Shown in pieces: positions 1-12,702 of a stretch of 64,000 bases of DNA. Origin of the DNA: the human T2T-CHM13v2.0 reference genome, Homo sapiens. Numbering within the stretch: position 1 is the stretch's first letter; every line of letters starts with the position of its first letter. The position numbers and the translations under genes are program-made. The stretch lies in NCBI RefSeq assembly GCF_009914755.1, contig NC_060936.1; one strand, written 5' to 3'. The notes below the pieces were generated by a model. That model searched no databases. It was not told the origin of the DNA and worked only from the letters and a program-made list of their open reading frames with translations.

Positions 1-1132
1 TCAAATTAGTGCTAGAAGACACCCCTCCCTTTAGGCATACGTGTTCCAAGACTTTATCCCTAAAGGGTTTATTTAGGACAATATTTTGACTTCCTAGACT
101 ACCATTATGCCATTATTCCCATAGTACTGATAGGTGGAAATAGTATTAAAATGGATGTAGCTAATCAGGAAATAGGCTCTACATATTACAATAGTTCTTA
201 AAGATATTAAAGATAATAACTTGACATGTGAAAAATTGTTATAAGAGCACTGCAACAGTAGCATAATTAAATACAATTTAGATTTGTCCTGAATCTGCCT
301 ATCAAAACTATTTGTTTGAAAATCAAGTCCTTTATATCTCTCTGAATATGCAGCAAGTTCTTTTCAGTCAGTAATACAATAGATGAATATTGTACTACTC
401 ACAGAAATCTTTAGCATTCATTAGGATTTCATTATGGAGTTAAGGAGGAAATAGAGAAAAGGAATTGCCTTCTGTCAAAAGAATTTACATGTAGTTTGCT
501 TCAGGAGACTGATTGCTACAGAGAGAAGGGGAAGATAATGTGATTTGTTAATGATAACCAAACAGTATTGCGGACAACCTCATCATTTGTAGCTTTTATT
601 AGATTGTCATTATTCAATGCTAAGAATACTTTGCATTTCCATTGTTACTCACACTTTCAGAGAGTCTGACATGCTTCATTCCTACAGCCCTTCTGCCTTT
701 CAGTTGAAATAACCACTTGGAAATAAGTAGCTGTAATTAAGGTAAAGGGTGACAAATAAACATTTGCTTAAACACATACGCATATACAGAAGTTGTTCCT
801 CTGAAAAGCTGTAATGCTCTGGGACACCTGCTGGGTAATTGTCGGTTTGATCCGGGAGGTGAGTGCAGGAATCGTCATCAGTCTTTGTTTTCCACTCTGA
901 AAGATTTACAATTTGCATGTTATTGTTTTTGTTGGCAAAGGCATACTCATAAATCTATGAAGATCATTTAAGAGGCAAATTGAGATGGCTCAAGAGAAAT
1001 GTTTTGTAAAATATAATTTGTAATTTTTTTTTTTGTAGTTTGTTTAGAGTTCAAGCCTAGAACAGTAGATTCCCAAAGCTACAGGGTCTTAAGAACTATC
1101 TGGAGATTGGAAAAGATCACTACAAATCGTAG

Positions 1133-1560
1133 TGACAGAGACAGGAGACAGCCAGGGGTCTCCAGGGAAACCCTGCCTTCAAGTCTACAACAGCCTGAAG
1201 GCTGAAAAACTGGACTGCTGGTTCTGGATGAAGCCCACCCTTTCCTGACTGATTCTCCCTGAGCAATGCCCACCTGCGCACTGGGAGGACAGGGTGGAGC
1301 TTCAGGAAGTTTGCGCTGGTTCGCAGTGGGGAGGAGCCTGGCCTCTTCAGTTCCTGGGTGGTGACCTGGAATTCAATCTGTGAGGCAGGAAACATGCTAG
1401 CGGGACTCTCTCTTGCTTTGCTGAGAGTTATTTTTCCATTATCCTTTTCACCCAGTAAATTCCATTTTCCTCACCCTTCTTTATGTCCGCAAGCCTTATC
1501 TTTCCTGGTCGTATGACAAGAGACTGGTTTTAGCCAAACTAAGGAGAAAATTCTGCAACG
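1133..1560 (+). mobile_element. ERV1-class solo LTR, MER61-like
   Basis: Starts TGACAGAGACAGGAGACAGCC and ends ...CTAAGGAGAAAATTCTGCAACG (terminal CA>CG). A 4-bp TSD GTAG at 1129-1132 and 1561-1564 is typical of ERV1. Family name from remembered consensus. Confidence 0.8.
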
Positions 1561-1579
1561 GTAGCAAGAGATAGAATCT

Positions 1580-1925
1580 ATTACTGCCACTTCTTCCAAC
1601 CCTCCAAAATGACTGTGCATTCCTACCCATTACCTTGTGATTTGCAATGCTTCCAGTGGGAGGATCATATATTCCTTCCACATTAATGGCATGTGAGCAA
1701 CACTGAACAGATTTATGAACCAAAACATACCTTTATCACCTCTCTTACTCTTTTTCCTTTACCCTGAGATCAGTGTTGTCCAAGTAGAGCTTCGGTTTCT
1801 GTCTTGGTCCCAGACTTCATGGAGCAGAGAAAAGCTGTTTCCATAGTGTCTTACCTGATTTTCTAGTCAACAGTTGCCGTTTTATACCACAAAGTTCGGA
1901 ATATTTTTATGGAACAATTAATGGC
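1580..1925 (+). mobile_element. degraded MaLR (MLT1-type) LTR fragment
   Basis: Weak similarity to MLT1 LTRs, e.g. a 3'-end-like TTTTATACCACAAAGTTCGGAATATTTTT; boundaries uncertain. Confidence 0.3.
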
Positions 1926-3050
1926 AGAATATTAATTCACTTATATGTAACACTGAGCATGTATTTTAAATTTGAAATATGTTTTGTTTCTTCTGAAAAC
2001 TATATTTGACAATAGTCAACTAGCCATGAACACAGAAAAATTTACAAGTACATTCCCCAGGCAGTCAGCTCAGACTGATACTGGCTCAAGGTACTGAATT
2101 TTTTTTTTTTTTTCAATTTATTTTATTGTGGTGAAATGCACATAATGTAGCATTTACCCTCTTAATCATCTTAAGTGTAAAGTTCAGTCATATTAAATAA
2201 TTATACTGTTTTACAACCATCACCTCCATACATCTTTATAATTATTTTCATAATAAAATGGAAACTCCATATACATTAAACAGTAACTCCCCATTTCCTC
2301 CTTCTCTTGGCAATCATCATTATACTTTCTGTCTCTGTGATTTAGACTACTCTAGGATCTCATATAAGGGAAATCATATAGTATTTGTCTTTTTGGAAAC
2401 TGGCTTATTTCACTTAGTATAATGTCCTCAAAATTAATCCATGTAGAATATGTCATAATTATACTTTTTTCTAAGGTTGAATAATATTTTATGGTATGCA
2501 TATGCCACATTTGGCTTATCTAGTCATCTGTTGATGTACATCTGATTTGTTTCCACATATTAGCTATTGTGAATATTGCTGCTATGAACATGGTTATACA
2601 ACTATCTCTTTGAGATCCTGTTTTCAATTTGTTTTGGTATATACTCAGAAAAGAAAATGCTAGATCATATTGTAATTTCATTTTTAATTTTTTGAGAAAC
2701 TGCCATACTGTTTTTAACAGTATATATATTTTACAATCCTACCAACAGTGAACAAGTGTTCCAATTTCTCCACATCATTACCAACACTTGTTATTTTCTG
2801 CTTTTTTTTTTTAAATACTAGCTATCCTAATGGGTGTGACGTGTTATCTCATTGTAATTTTGATTTGCATTTCCATAATAATTAGTGATGTTGAAAATCT
2901 TTTTATGTGTTTATTGGCCATTTATATATCTTCTTTGAAGAAATGTTCATTCAAATCCTTGCCTATGTTTGAATATGTTGTTTTTTTGTTGTTTTCAGGA
3001 ATTCCTTATATATTCTATATATCCTGTATATACATATACAGGATAAAAAT

Positions 3051-3067
3051 TCTCTCTCTCTCTCTCT
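3051..3067. repeat. (TC)n microsatellite inside the L1
   Basis: TCTCTCTCTCTCTCTCT seen directly. Confidence 0.9.
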
Positions 3068-5911
3068 GTGTATGTATCTCAAATATTATATTTTGCAAAT
3101 ATTATTTTCCATTCTTCAGGTTGCCTTTTTACTCTGTTGATCTTGTCTTTAGTTACACAATTAAAACAATATGAAGTCCAATTTATCTGTATTTTTCTTT
3201 GATTGCCTGTGCCTGTGGTTTTATATCCAAAAAATCATTGCCAAATATAATATCATTAAGTTTTGCCCTATGTTTTCTTCTAAGAGTTTTATAGTTTTAT
3301 GTCTTATATTTAGATTTTTGATCCATTTTGAGTTAGTTTTGCATATGGTGTTAGGTAAGTATCTGACTTTATTATTTTGCATGTGAATATACAGTTTTCC
3401 CAGCATCATTTATTGAAAAGACTGTCCTTTCTCTATTGAATGGTTTTGGCACCCTTGTCAAAAATTATTTTTTGACATACATCTGAACATTTATTTCTAG
3501 GCTTGTATTTTATTTCCTTAGTCTACATGTCTGCCTTTATGCCAGTATCAGGCTGTTTTGATTACTATAGCTTTGTAGCAAATTTTGAAATCATGAAATG
3601 TGAGTCCTCCCACTTTGTTCTCTTTCAGTTTTTTTTTTTTTTAAGATATCTGTGGTACCTTTTAATTACATATGAATTTTACAATAGATATTTCTATTTC
3701 TCCAAAAGATGTCATTGGGATTTTAATAGAAATGGCATTGAATCTGTAGATCACTTTGGGCAGTATTGACATCTGAAAAATATTAAGTCTTTCAATCAAT
3801 GAATAGAAGATGTGTTTCCACTAATTTGTCTTCTTTAATTTCTCAGCAATATTTTGTTGTTTTCATTGTACAATTCTTTCATCTTATTGCCTAATTTCTA
3901 AGCTTTTATTCTTTGCGAATTCTATGCAAGTGAAATTATTTTATTATTTTTATAATTTCTTTTTCAGATTGCTCACTGTTAGTGTATAAGAATGCAATTG
4001 ATTTTTGTTTGTTTAGCTGAATTCTGCTACTGTGCTCAATTCATATATAGGACTCTTTAGAGCCTCCTACATATAAGATTGTAACATCTATAAAAAGGAA
4101 TTTTTTTTCTTCCTTTTCAATTTTGATGGCTTAATTTCTTTTTCTTGCCTAATTGTTCTAGCTAGAACTTCAAGTACTATGTTGAATGGAAGTGGTGAAA
4201 GCAAGGATCCTTGCTATGTTCCTGTTATGACAGTAAAACCTTTTAGCCCTTTACCATTGTATAGTATGTGGGCTTTTCATATATAGCTTTTATATGATGA
4301 GGTAGTTTTCTTTTATTCCCAGCTTATTGATAGGGTGTTAAATTGTGTCAAATGCTTTCTCAGCATCAATTGAGATGATCATGTGTTTTTCCCTATCAGT
4401 CTGTTAATGTAATGTATTACACAGATCAATTTTCATATGTTAAACCATCCTTGCATTCCAGAAATAAATCCCACTTGATCATGGTCTATAATCCTTTAAA
4501 TATATTGCTGAATTTCATTTGCTAGTATTTGTTGATGATTTTGCATCAGTGTTTATAAAGGATATTGATTGGTAGCTTTCTTTTCTTGTGGTGTCTTTGT
4601 CTGACTTTGTTAGCAAGTAATGTTGGCCTCATAGAATGTGTTACAAAGTGTTTTCCCTTCTACATTTTTCGAGAAAAGTTGGAGAATTTGTGTTAGTTAT
4701 TTAAATGTTAGGTAGAATTCACCAATGAAGCCATCAGATCCAGGACTTTTTTTATTACTGATTAAATTTCCTCACTAGTTGTAGGTGTATACAGATTTTC
4801 TATGTCTTTGTGCTTTAGTGTTGGTAGCTTTTGTGTTTTTAGGATTTTGTCCATTTCATCTAAATTATCCAGTTGGTTGGTATAGAATTTATCATAACAC
4901 TCTCTATAATGGTTTTTATTTTTGTAGAATCAGTAGTAACATCCCAAATTTCATTTCCGATTCTAGTATTTTGAATTTTTTTTCCTAGTCCATATAGCTA
5001 AGATTTTGTCAATTTAGTTGAGCTTTTCAAGAAACCAACTTTTGATTTCATTGATTTTCTCTATTGCTTTCCTATTTTTAAATTTCATTTATGTCTATGT
5101 AATCATTATTATTATTTTTTCCTTTTTCTACCTTGGCTTAGTTTGTTCTCTTTCCATTTTCATGAGTTATAAAGTTAAGCTGTTAATTTGAGAACTTATG
5201 TTTAATGTGTTTCTAGCTATAAATTTCCCCATTAGCCCTGCTTTTCATTGCCACTCATACGGTTTAGTATGTTATGTTTTGATTTTCCTTAGTCTCTAAG
5301 TATTTTCCAATGTCCCTTTTGAGTTTGTCTTTGATTCATTGGCTGTTTAAGAGAATGTTGTTTAATTTCCATGAATCTATGAACTAACTTCATCCTATTG
5401 TGGTTAAAGAAAATACTTTGCATGATGTCTATCTGTATCTTTCTAAAATACATCAAAACAATTTGTGGCCTATATATACTCTATTCTGGAAAAATTCCCA
5501 TATGCACTAGAGAAGAATGTATATGCTGTTTTTGGTAGAATGTTTTGTATATGTCTGCTATACCTAGTTAGTTTATTGTGTTGTTTTAATCCTATATTTT
5601 CTCACTTAGTTTTTGTCTGGTTGTTCTATCCATTATCAAGAGTAAAGTATTAAAATCTCTAACTATTATCATGAAACTGTTTATTTCTCCCTTCAATCTC
5701 TATCCTTTGATATTAATCCAGCCTCTCCTGCTCTCTCTTGGTTACTATTTGCATGAAATATCTTTTTTCATCCTTTCACTTTTAATCTATTTGTGTCATT
5801 GGACCTAAAGGGAACCTCTTGTAGACAACATATAGTTGAATAATTTTTAAAATCTATTCTGTCAATCTCTGTTTTGTGATTAGATAATTTAAACTATTTA
5901 TGTTGAAAGTA

Positions 5912-6147
5912 GAATTGGCCCTCTGTATCTGTGGGTTCTGAATTTGTGAATTCAACAAACTGTAGATCAAAAATATTAAAAAAATGGATGGTTGCTTCTG
6001 TACTGAACATGTATAGACATTTTTTTCTTACCGTTTTACATAAGACCATTTCTATACCACTTTATATAAGAGATGTTGGTGTCAGTGGAATTTGGTATCA
6101 ATGGGACATTCTGAAACCAATTCCCTGTGGATATTGAGGCACAATTG
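5912..6147 (-). mobile_element. MER2 (TcMar-Tigger non-autonomous DNA transposon), internally deleted
   Basis: Termini GAATTGGCCCTCTGTATCTGTGGG ... CCCTGTGGATATTGAGGCACAATTG are degenerate inverted repeats, flanked by TA at 5910-5911 and 6148-6149. The L1 rejoins across it (GAAAGTA|ATCACTGACAAAAAGGGACT). Confidence 0.85.
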
Positions 6148-6750
6148 TAATCACTGACAAAAAGGGACTTCTAACATTTTGCTATTTGATTTTTACAGCC
6201 TTATAGGTATTTATTTCTTGTGTTAATGTCTCCTTTTATGTTGTTTATTCTTTGTAATAAAATACTGAAATTCTTTTTTATTCCTTTTGTATATATTCTA
6301 CAACTATTTGCTTTGTGACTACTCAATATCCTAAGGATATACCACTCTAATTTGAATATATATCAGATTAATTTCAACAGCATATAAAAACGCTTGTCCT
6401 TTAGCGCTCTTTTCCAACATCTTTCAGTTGTTGGTGATATCACATAATTATAACGTTATATACTGTGTGTCCCAAAACATAAAGTAATAATTCTTTTAGA
6501 TGAATTAGTCTCTCTAATTTTATAGAAAACAAGTGTGGAATTATAAACCAGGTTACAATCATACTAGCTTTTAGACTAATAATTGTTTTTTTAAATATAT
6601 TAGCCTTATATCTTTTTTGGATATTTATATTTAGGTTTATTCAATACATAGAATATTATTAAAAAACAAAAAGTGGAATTATAAACCATTGTAACAATAA
6701 TATTTATCTTATAATTACTCATATATTCACCTTGACTGATATAATTACAT

Positions 6751-7043
6751 TTCTTTTTTATTTTTTTTAAGATGGAGTCTTGCTCTGTTGCCCAGGCTAG
6801 TGGGGCCATCTAGGCTCATGGCAACCTCTGCCTCCCTGGTTCAAGTGATTCTCCTGCCTCAGCCTCCTGAGTAGCTGGGATTACAGGCATATGCCACCAT
6901 GCCAGGCTAATTTTTGTATTTTTAGCAGAGACAGGATTTCATCATCTTGTCCAGGCTGGTCTCGAACTCTGGACCTCAAGTGATCTGCCTGCCTTGGCCT
7001 CCCGAAGTGCTGGAATTACAGGTGTGAGCCACCATGCCCAGCC
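6751..7043 (-). mobile_element. Alu (AluS family)
   Basis: T-rich tail, GATGGAGTCTTGCTCTGTTGCCCAGGCT ... GTGAGCCACCATGCCCAGCC, two arms with a central linker; no TSD visible. Confidence 0.95.
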
Positions 7044-7454
7044 TCCCTTGAGCATTTCTTGAAAGGCAGGTCTAGTGATAACAGACTGTCTTAGCTTTTG
7101 TTTGTCTAGAAATGCCTTAATTTTCTGCTTACTTTTGAAAAACAGTTTTGCCAGATATAGGAGTCTTAGTTAGCGGGAAGGAGGAAAAAAACTAAAAGTA
7201 AAATTTTTAGATTATTTATTCTGTAACTTACCAAATGCCAACAAACATAATATGGTCATGTCTTATTTCTATCATTTATAATTTAATACTTATATTAATA
7301 TTTGTTTGAACATTAAGCTAGGCTTTGTGTTCCAATCTTATTGAATGCCATCTCTAGAAGGTGGTGTATTTTTATTGATTGACCATTTTATTAAGTGGCA
7401 GAGAAATACATTATATTTGTTTTTGTTAGATATTTAACTTTTTAAAAAGCATCT

Positions 7455-7873
7455 TGCATTTATCCATATTCATATTGCTATAAAGAAATAATGGAGACTA
7501 GGAAACTTATAAAGAAGGGTTTTAATTGGCTCATGATTCTGCAGAGTATACAGGAAGCATGATTCTGGCATCTACTTGCTTCTGGGGCAGCCTCATGGAA
7601 CTTACAATTACGGCAGAAGTCAAAGGGGGAGCGAGGCCTCTCACATGGTGGGAGCAGGAGCAAGAGAGAGAGAGGGGAAGTATTACATACTTTTAAACAA
7701 CCAGATCTCATAACTCACTAACTATTATGAGAATAGCACCAAGGGGTTGGTACTAAACCATTCATGAGAAATCCACCTCATGATCCAATCACCTCCCACT
7801 AGGCCCCACCTTCAACATTGGGGACTACAATTTGACATAATATTTGGTGGGGACACAGATCCAAACCACATTA
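7455..7873 (-). mobile_element. MaLR LTR (MSTA-like), the 3' LTR of a truncated provirus
   Basis: Reverse complement starts like the MST LTR (TAATGTGGTTTGGATCTGTGTCCCCACC) and is directly contiguous with MST internal sequence. Confidence 0.85.
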
Positions 7874-9413
7874 TTCTGCCCCTGACCCCCAACTCTCATG
7901 TCCTTCTCACATTGCAAAATACAATCGTGCTTTCCCAACAATCCCAAAAGTCTTAACTCATTCCAGAATTAACTCAGAAGTCCAAAGTCCAAAATCTCAC
8001 TTGAGACAAGGTTAGTCCTTTCCACATATGAAATAAAATGGCTGTGAAATAAAAAGCAAATTAGTCACTTCCAAGATACAATGGGGGATACAAACATTGG
8101 GTAAACTTTCTTATTCCAAAAGGGAGAAATCTGCCAAAAGAAAGAGGTTACAGGCCCCATGCAAGTTGGAAAACCAGCAGGGCAGTCATTAAATTTTAAA
8201 GCTTAAAAATAATCTCATTTGACTCCATGTCCCACATCCAGGGCACACTGGTGTGAGGAGTGAGCTCCCAAGGTCTTCAGCAGCTCTGCCCCTGTGGCTA
8301 CCCTGAAGGCCTGGTATTGAATGCCTGTGGCTTTTTCAGGTGCAGGATGCAAGCTGTTAGTGGATCTACCATTCTGGGATCTGGAAAATGGTGGCGCTCT
8401 TCTCACAGCTCCACTAGGCAGTGTCCCTTGGAGAACTCTGTGTGGGGGATCTCCACATTTCCCATCTGCACTGCCCTACTAGAGGTTCTCCATGAGGGCT
8501 CAGCTACTGCAGCAGGCATCTGCCTGGACATTCAGGATTTTCCATACAACCTGTGAAATCTAGACAGAGGCTCGCAGCCTCAACTCTTTCATTTTTCACA
8601 CCCAGAGGCTTAACACCTCTGGGTTTGGAAGCTGCCAAGGCTTATGGCTTGCATTCTCTGAAACAGCAACTTGAGATGTACCTGGGTCCCTTTGAGCCAT
8701 GACTGGTGCTAGAGTGGTCAGGATCAGGGAGCAATGTCCCCATACTGTGCAGGGCAATGGAAGCCCTGGGCTTGTCTCACAAAGCCATTCAGTCCTCCTT
8801 GGCCTCCAGGCTGGTCATGGGAGGGGCTACTGTGAAGATCTCTGAAATGCTTTCCAGTCCTTTTCTCCGTTGTCTTGATTATCAGCATTTGGCTGATAAC
8901 TTACGTAAATTTTTGCAACGTGCTTGAATTCCTTCCCTGAAAATGGTCTTTTCTTTTCTACCACATGTCCAGGCTGCAAATTTTTTAATCTTTTATGTTC
9001 TGCTTTCCTTTTAAATATAAGTTCCAACTTCTGGTCATTTCTTTGCTCATGTGTGTGAGTGTAGATTATTAGAAATAGCCAGATAACATCTTAAATGCTT
9101 TACTTCTTAGAAATTTCTTCTGTCAGATACCCTATATTATCATTCTCCATGTTCAAAGTTCCACAGACCCCTACAACAGGGGTACAATGCAGCCAAGCTC
9201 TTTTCTAAGGAATAACAAAAATGACCTTTCCTTCAGTTCCCAATAAGTTTTTCATTTTCTTCTGAGACATCATCAGCCTGGACTTCATCGTGCATTCTAC
9301 CAGCATTTTGGACATAACCATTCAGTTAGTCTCTAGGAAGTTCCAAACTTTCCCTCATCTTCCTATCTTCTTTTGAACCCTCCACCCTCTTACAGCCTCT
9401 GCCCATTACTCAG
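7874..9413 (-). mobile_element. MST/THE1-type MaLR internal region, lacking the second LTR
   Basis: Characteristic MaLR-int motifs (CCAAAGTCCAAAATCTCAC; GCAAGCTGTTAGTGGATCTACCATTCTGGGATCTGG; GGAAGTTCCAAACTTTCCCTCATCTTCC). Ends abruptly at CCCATTACTCAG. Confidence 0.85.
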
Positions 9414-9419
9414 AGACTA

Positions 9420-9750
9420 ACAGAAGCCTCTTTCACCCCTAAAGAAGAAGGGTGAAAGGAAGATTCTCTAAGACCTGATCTAAGACCTAGTAATAAGGAC
9501 ACCAGGCTGGAGCTGTATCTATGAAAAACATGTCAGAGATGCCAAGTGAAGCAGACAAGGAATGTGGATAAAGAAAGTAATTCCATGCTTCTCCTCTCTT
9601 TATTTATTTATTTTTTTTCCAATTTTCCTTTCAGTGCTTCCTATGGACCAAACCAACATGGGAATCAAGGAGCACAGAAGTCTGAGAAACACAATTTGTA
9701 GTGAAGGAGTGAGGAAAAGATCTGAGGGCAAAATGACAAATAGGCTCATA
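9420..9750. mobile_element. ancient ERVL-type LTR fragment (LTR33/LTR41-like)
   Basis: Degenerate match in CAGTGCTTCCTATGGACCAAACCAAC...GAGAAACACAATTTGTAG...GATCTGAGGGCAAAATG. Confidence 0.3.
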
Positions 9751-10329
9751 CCCTAAATCTAACAAAGAAACACATGGAAACTGCACGTTTATGCATGACT
9801 ACTGAGCGAGAACAAGATAATTGAATCTGTTTGCTTGGGCTCACTTAGCGCATAGTTGCATTTATAACTTACAAATGCCTAACCAAATTGCAAGTTGGAT
9901 GGAGAGTGAGGCAGAAGGTCAATTCTGCCCCAGCGACTTAATTAATTGAAAGCAAGAAAAAAATGAAGGCATATAGCACATATGTAGAGAAAGTAAAGGA
10001 GAAAAGGAAGCTACCTTTTTCTGTGTAGGGGGTAAGAACATGCTTTCTTTTGCAGATCCACGAAGGTGAAAATGGAGGAGGGCTTAAGAACAGGGAAGAG
10101 CTGGGGCATGGAGGAGGCAAAGAGAAACAGGTAAAATTAATTCCTTCAAGGAAAATGGGGGTGGAAGTAACAGTGAAAAGATATTTATTGGCTGAGGCAA
10201 ATTCGTGGGCTCAGGTGTAAGCTGTTCTCTCAACACAACATATCCATTGAATAGATTCATTTACTTACTAATCAATGCTCAATACACTATTCTTGGGCAC
10301 TTCGGTTATTCTTCCCTTTATTTTTCATT

Positions 10330-11170
10330 TCTTTGATTATGTTTGTTTAGAAATTTTCCCAAATGTTTGTTTATTCTTTTTCCAAATGTTTGTATGCTTT
10401 TTGAATAACTTAAAGTTGTCAATTTTTCATCTATTGAGATATTAATGATTTTCTTATGTAGTTGTATATATCCTTTATATTACATAGTGAACTTTTTAAT
10501 ATATATTATAAACATTTATTCCAATTTTATTTTGACTTATTTTAATTAATTTTTATATTGAGAAGCTTAAACATTTAATAGTTATATTTTTGAAATTTTT
10601 ACTGTCTTCCACATTTTCATGTAAATTTTGATGAAACATAATATACATATAGAAGAGCACATATGTTACAAATGTGTAAGCCATTGAATTTTTACAAACT
10701 GAAAATATAATCAGCATTTAGCTCAAGAAACAAAACATCATGTAGTACTCCCAGAGGTCTTCTTGCTTTCCTCCAGTCATAAATCCTCATCTTTGGATGG
10801 GGTAATTGTTATTTTGATTTATAACAGAATGTATTAATTCATCCTGTTGTGTTTAGATAAATAGTATCAAACAATAGATACACTTTTATGTCTGATTTCC
10901 TTTGCTCAAGATATTTATTTCATTAATTTATACTATTGATTATAGCTGTATATCATTTAGTTTCATTACTGTATGATATTCCAAAGTATGACTATCCAAT
11001 TTAGGTATCTATTCAACTGCTGTTGAGTATTGGAGTATTTTCCAGTTGGGGCTATTATCAATAGAGTTTCTAGGAACATATTTTTCAGTAAATGTATTTC
11101 TCTTGAGTACATCCTAGCAGGAAAATTACTGGATCCTAGAATATGCCTATGCTCAGCTTTAGTTTTTCCA
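10330..11170 (-). mobile_element. old L1 (L1MC/L1ME-type) fragments
   Basis: Antisense L1 3'-end motifs, e.g. CATTGAATTTTTACAAACTGAA, TTCCAGTTGGGGCTATTATCAATAG, ATTACTGGATCCTAG. Confidence 0.6.
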
Positions 11171-11247
11171 CTGTTTTTAACAGTATAAAAGTTGGAAAAA
11201 TATCTCTTTTCATTTCCACTTCCTCTTTTACTTACTGTTTGATATTA

Positions 11248-11759
11248 TATCAGGATGTATTTTTCCAAAGATGTCCATAACAGTATTTCTCATCCCACAT
11301 GCTCTTTGCAATATGACTTTGCCAACCTTCCATCAAATTGAGTGGTCTATAGCCCTTTCTGGTAAATTTGGGCAGAGAAACTACTTCAAAATAGAAAGTG
11401 AAGAAATAAACATATATGACTTCTGAGACTATGTCTTAGAAGTTAACAGAAGTTCTGCCTTATCTTCCTAATCACTTGATGTTTAGTCCTGAGGCTCCAT
11501 GTAAAAAGTCCAACTACCCTGAGGCTTCCATGCTGTGAGGAAACCCAGGACCTGTGGAGAGACCACACAAAGTGGCCCTGATAGGAAGCATCAACTGAAT
11601 TCCCAGTCAAGAGTCAGACTAATCAATGGAGACCTCCAGATGATTCTAGCCCCCAAACACCACCACCTGTTCAGCCTTCTGATGAGGTCCTGAATATTGA
11701 GGAGTTTTATATCTCTAAATTTAGGAGTGATTTGTTATACAGGAAGTATAACTGGAACA
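11248..11759 (+). mobile_element. MLT1 (MLT1G/H-like) MaLR solo LTR
   Basis: TGTATTTTTCCAAAGATGTCCATAACAGTATTTCTCATCCCACATGCTCTT near the start; CCATGCTGTGAGGAAACCCAG internally; ends TTTGTTATACAGGAAGTATAACTGGAACA. Confidence 0.75.
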
Positions 11760-12047
11760 ATAGTTTAATTTTAAATTCACTAATCCACTTGTAATTTAAC
11801 TTTATGTATGAGGTAGTAATTTTATGCATGAAGTAGTTGCCTTTTTTATTTCATATAATTATATCACTGACCCCAAGTATTAAAAATATTTTCTTATAAT
11901 AAATTTTAATGCTTTAACTTCTTCTTTTTGGTATATTATATTCTATAAAACCTATTTCTGCATTTTTTTACTGTTCCATTAATCATTTATCTGTCTACAA
12001 ATATGTAAGTATCATACTGTAAAATTATTTAGTTTTTATTATATATA

Positions 12048-12338
<291 letters not shown>

Positions 12339-12624
12339 TACTATGTGTTTTAGGATAAAAGGACATTACCCTTATTACTTAATAATTTTTAGATATTTTC
12401 TTTAGGAGTCATACTTGTTCATTACTTCAGGTGAATATCTCATTCTTGACGAAACAATCAATTTTGGTTTTCTTAATGTCAAAAAATGTTTTGTTTATTT
12501 TAATAAAGCATTAAAGCCATTATGTTTAAATTGAAAATAATTTTTAGTAAGTAATGAATCTAAGAATAATGTAACATATTCTGCTATTTAAGAAAGTATA
12601 AGATTCTGCCTATTTTTATATGGT

Positions 12625-12702
12625 TGTGTAAAACAGGAGATTTAACACAGTCAGACTAGATGACCATTGAGGTTTTCTTCTAGCTTTAAAATTCTAAATT
12701 GA
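12625..12702 (+). mobile_element. MIR3-like SINE 3' fragment
   Basis: GACTAGATGACCATTGAGGTTTTCTTCTAGCTTTAAAATTCTA resembles the MIR3/L3 3' end. Confidence 0.45.

Larger units (their letters stand above)
2099..7172 (-). mobile_element. old LINE-1 (L1MB-like): 3' UTR, ORF2 and part of the ORF1 region; interrupted by MER2 and Alu
   Basis: Poly-T at ~2099-2113 precedes an L1MB-type 3' end (TTGTGGTGAAATGCACATAATGTAGCATTTACC). Minus-strand ORF 3221..3409 gives ORF2-like KTNSKWIKNLNIRHKTIKLLEENIG. Antisense L1 motifs continue to ~7170. Confidence 0.9.

Noticed and set aside
905-930. OCT4-SOX2 composite near ATTTGCAT
   Set aside because: The octamer is present, but the neighbouring SOX-like site has the wrong orientation and spacing.
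1390-1399. p53 response element in the MER61-like LTR
   Set aside because: Only one imperfect half-site (AAACATGCTA) with no adjacent second half-site.
3335-3362. Second AG|GTAAGT motif (GGTGTTAG|GTAAGT)
   Set aside because: It lies inside an L1 and lacks a proper polypyrimidine tract.
6525-6700. Direct repeat GTGGAATTATAAACCA ~135 bp apart
   Set aside because: Only two copies within an old L1 inter-ORF region, where such duplications are common; not an array or CRISPR.
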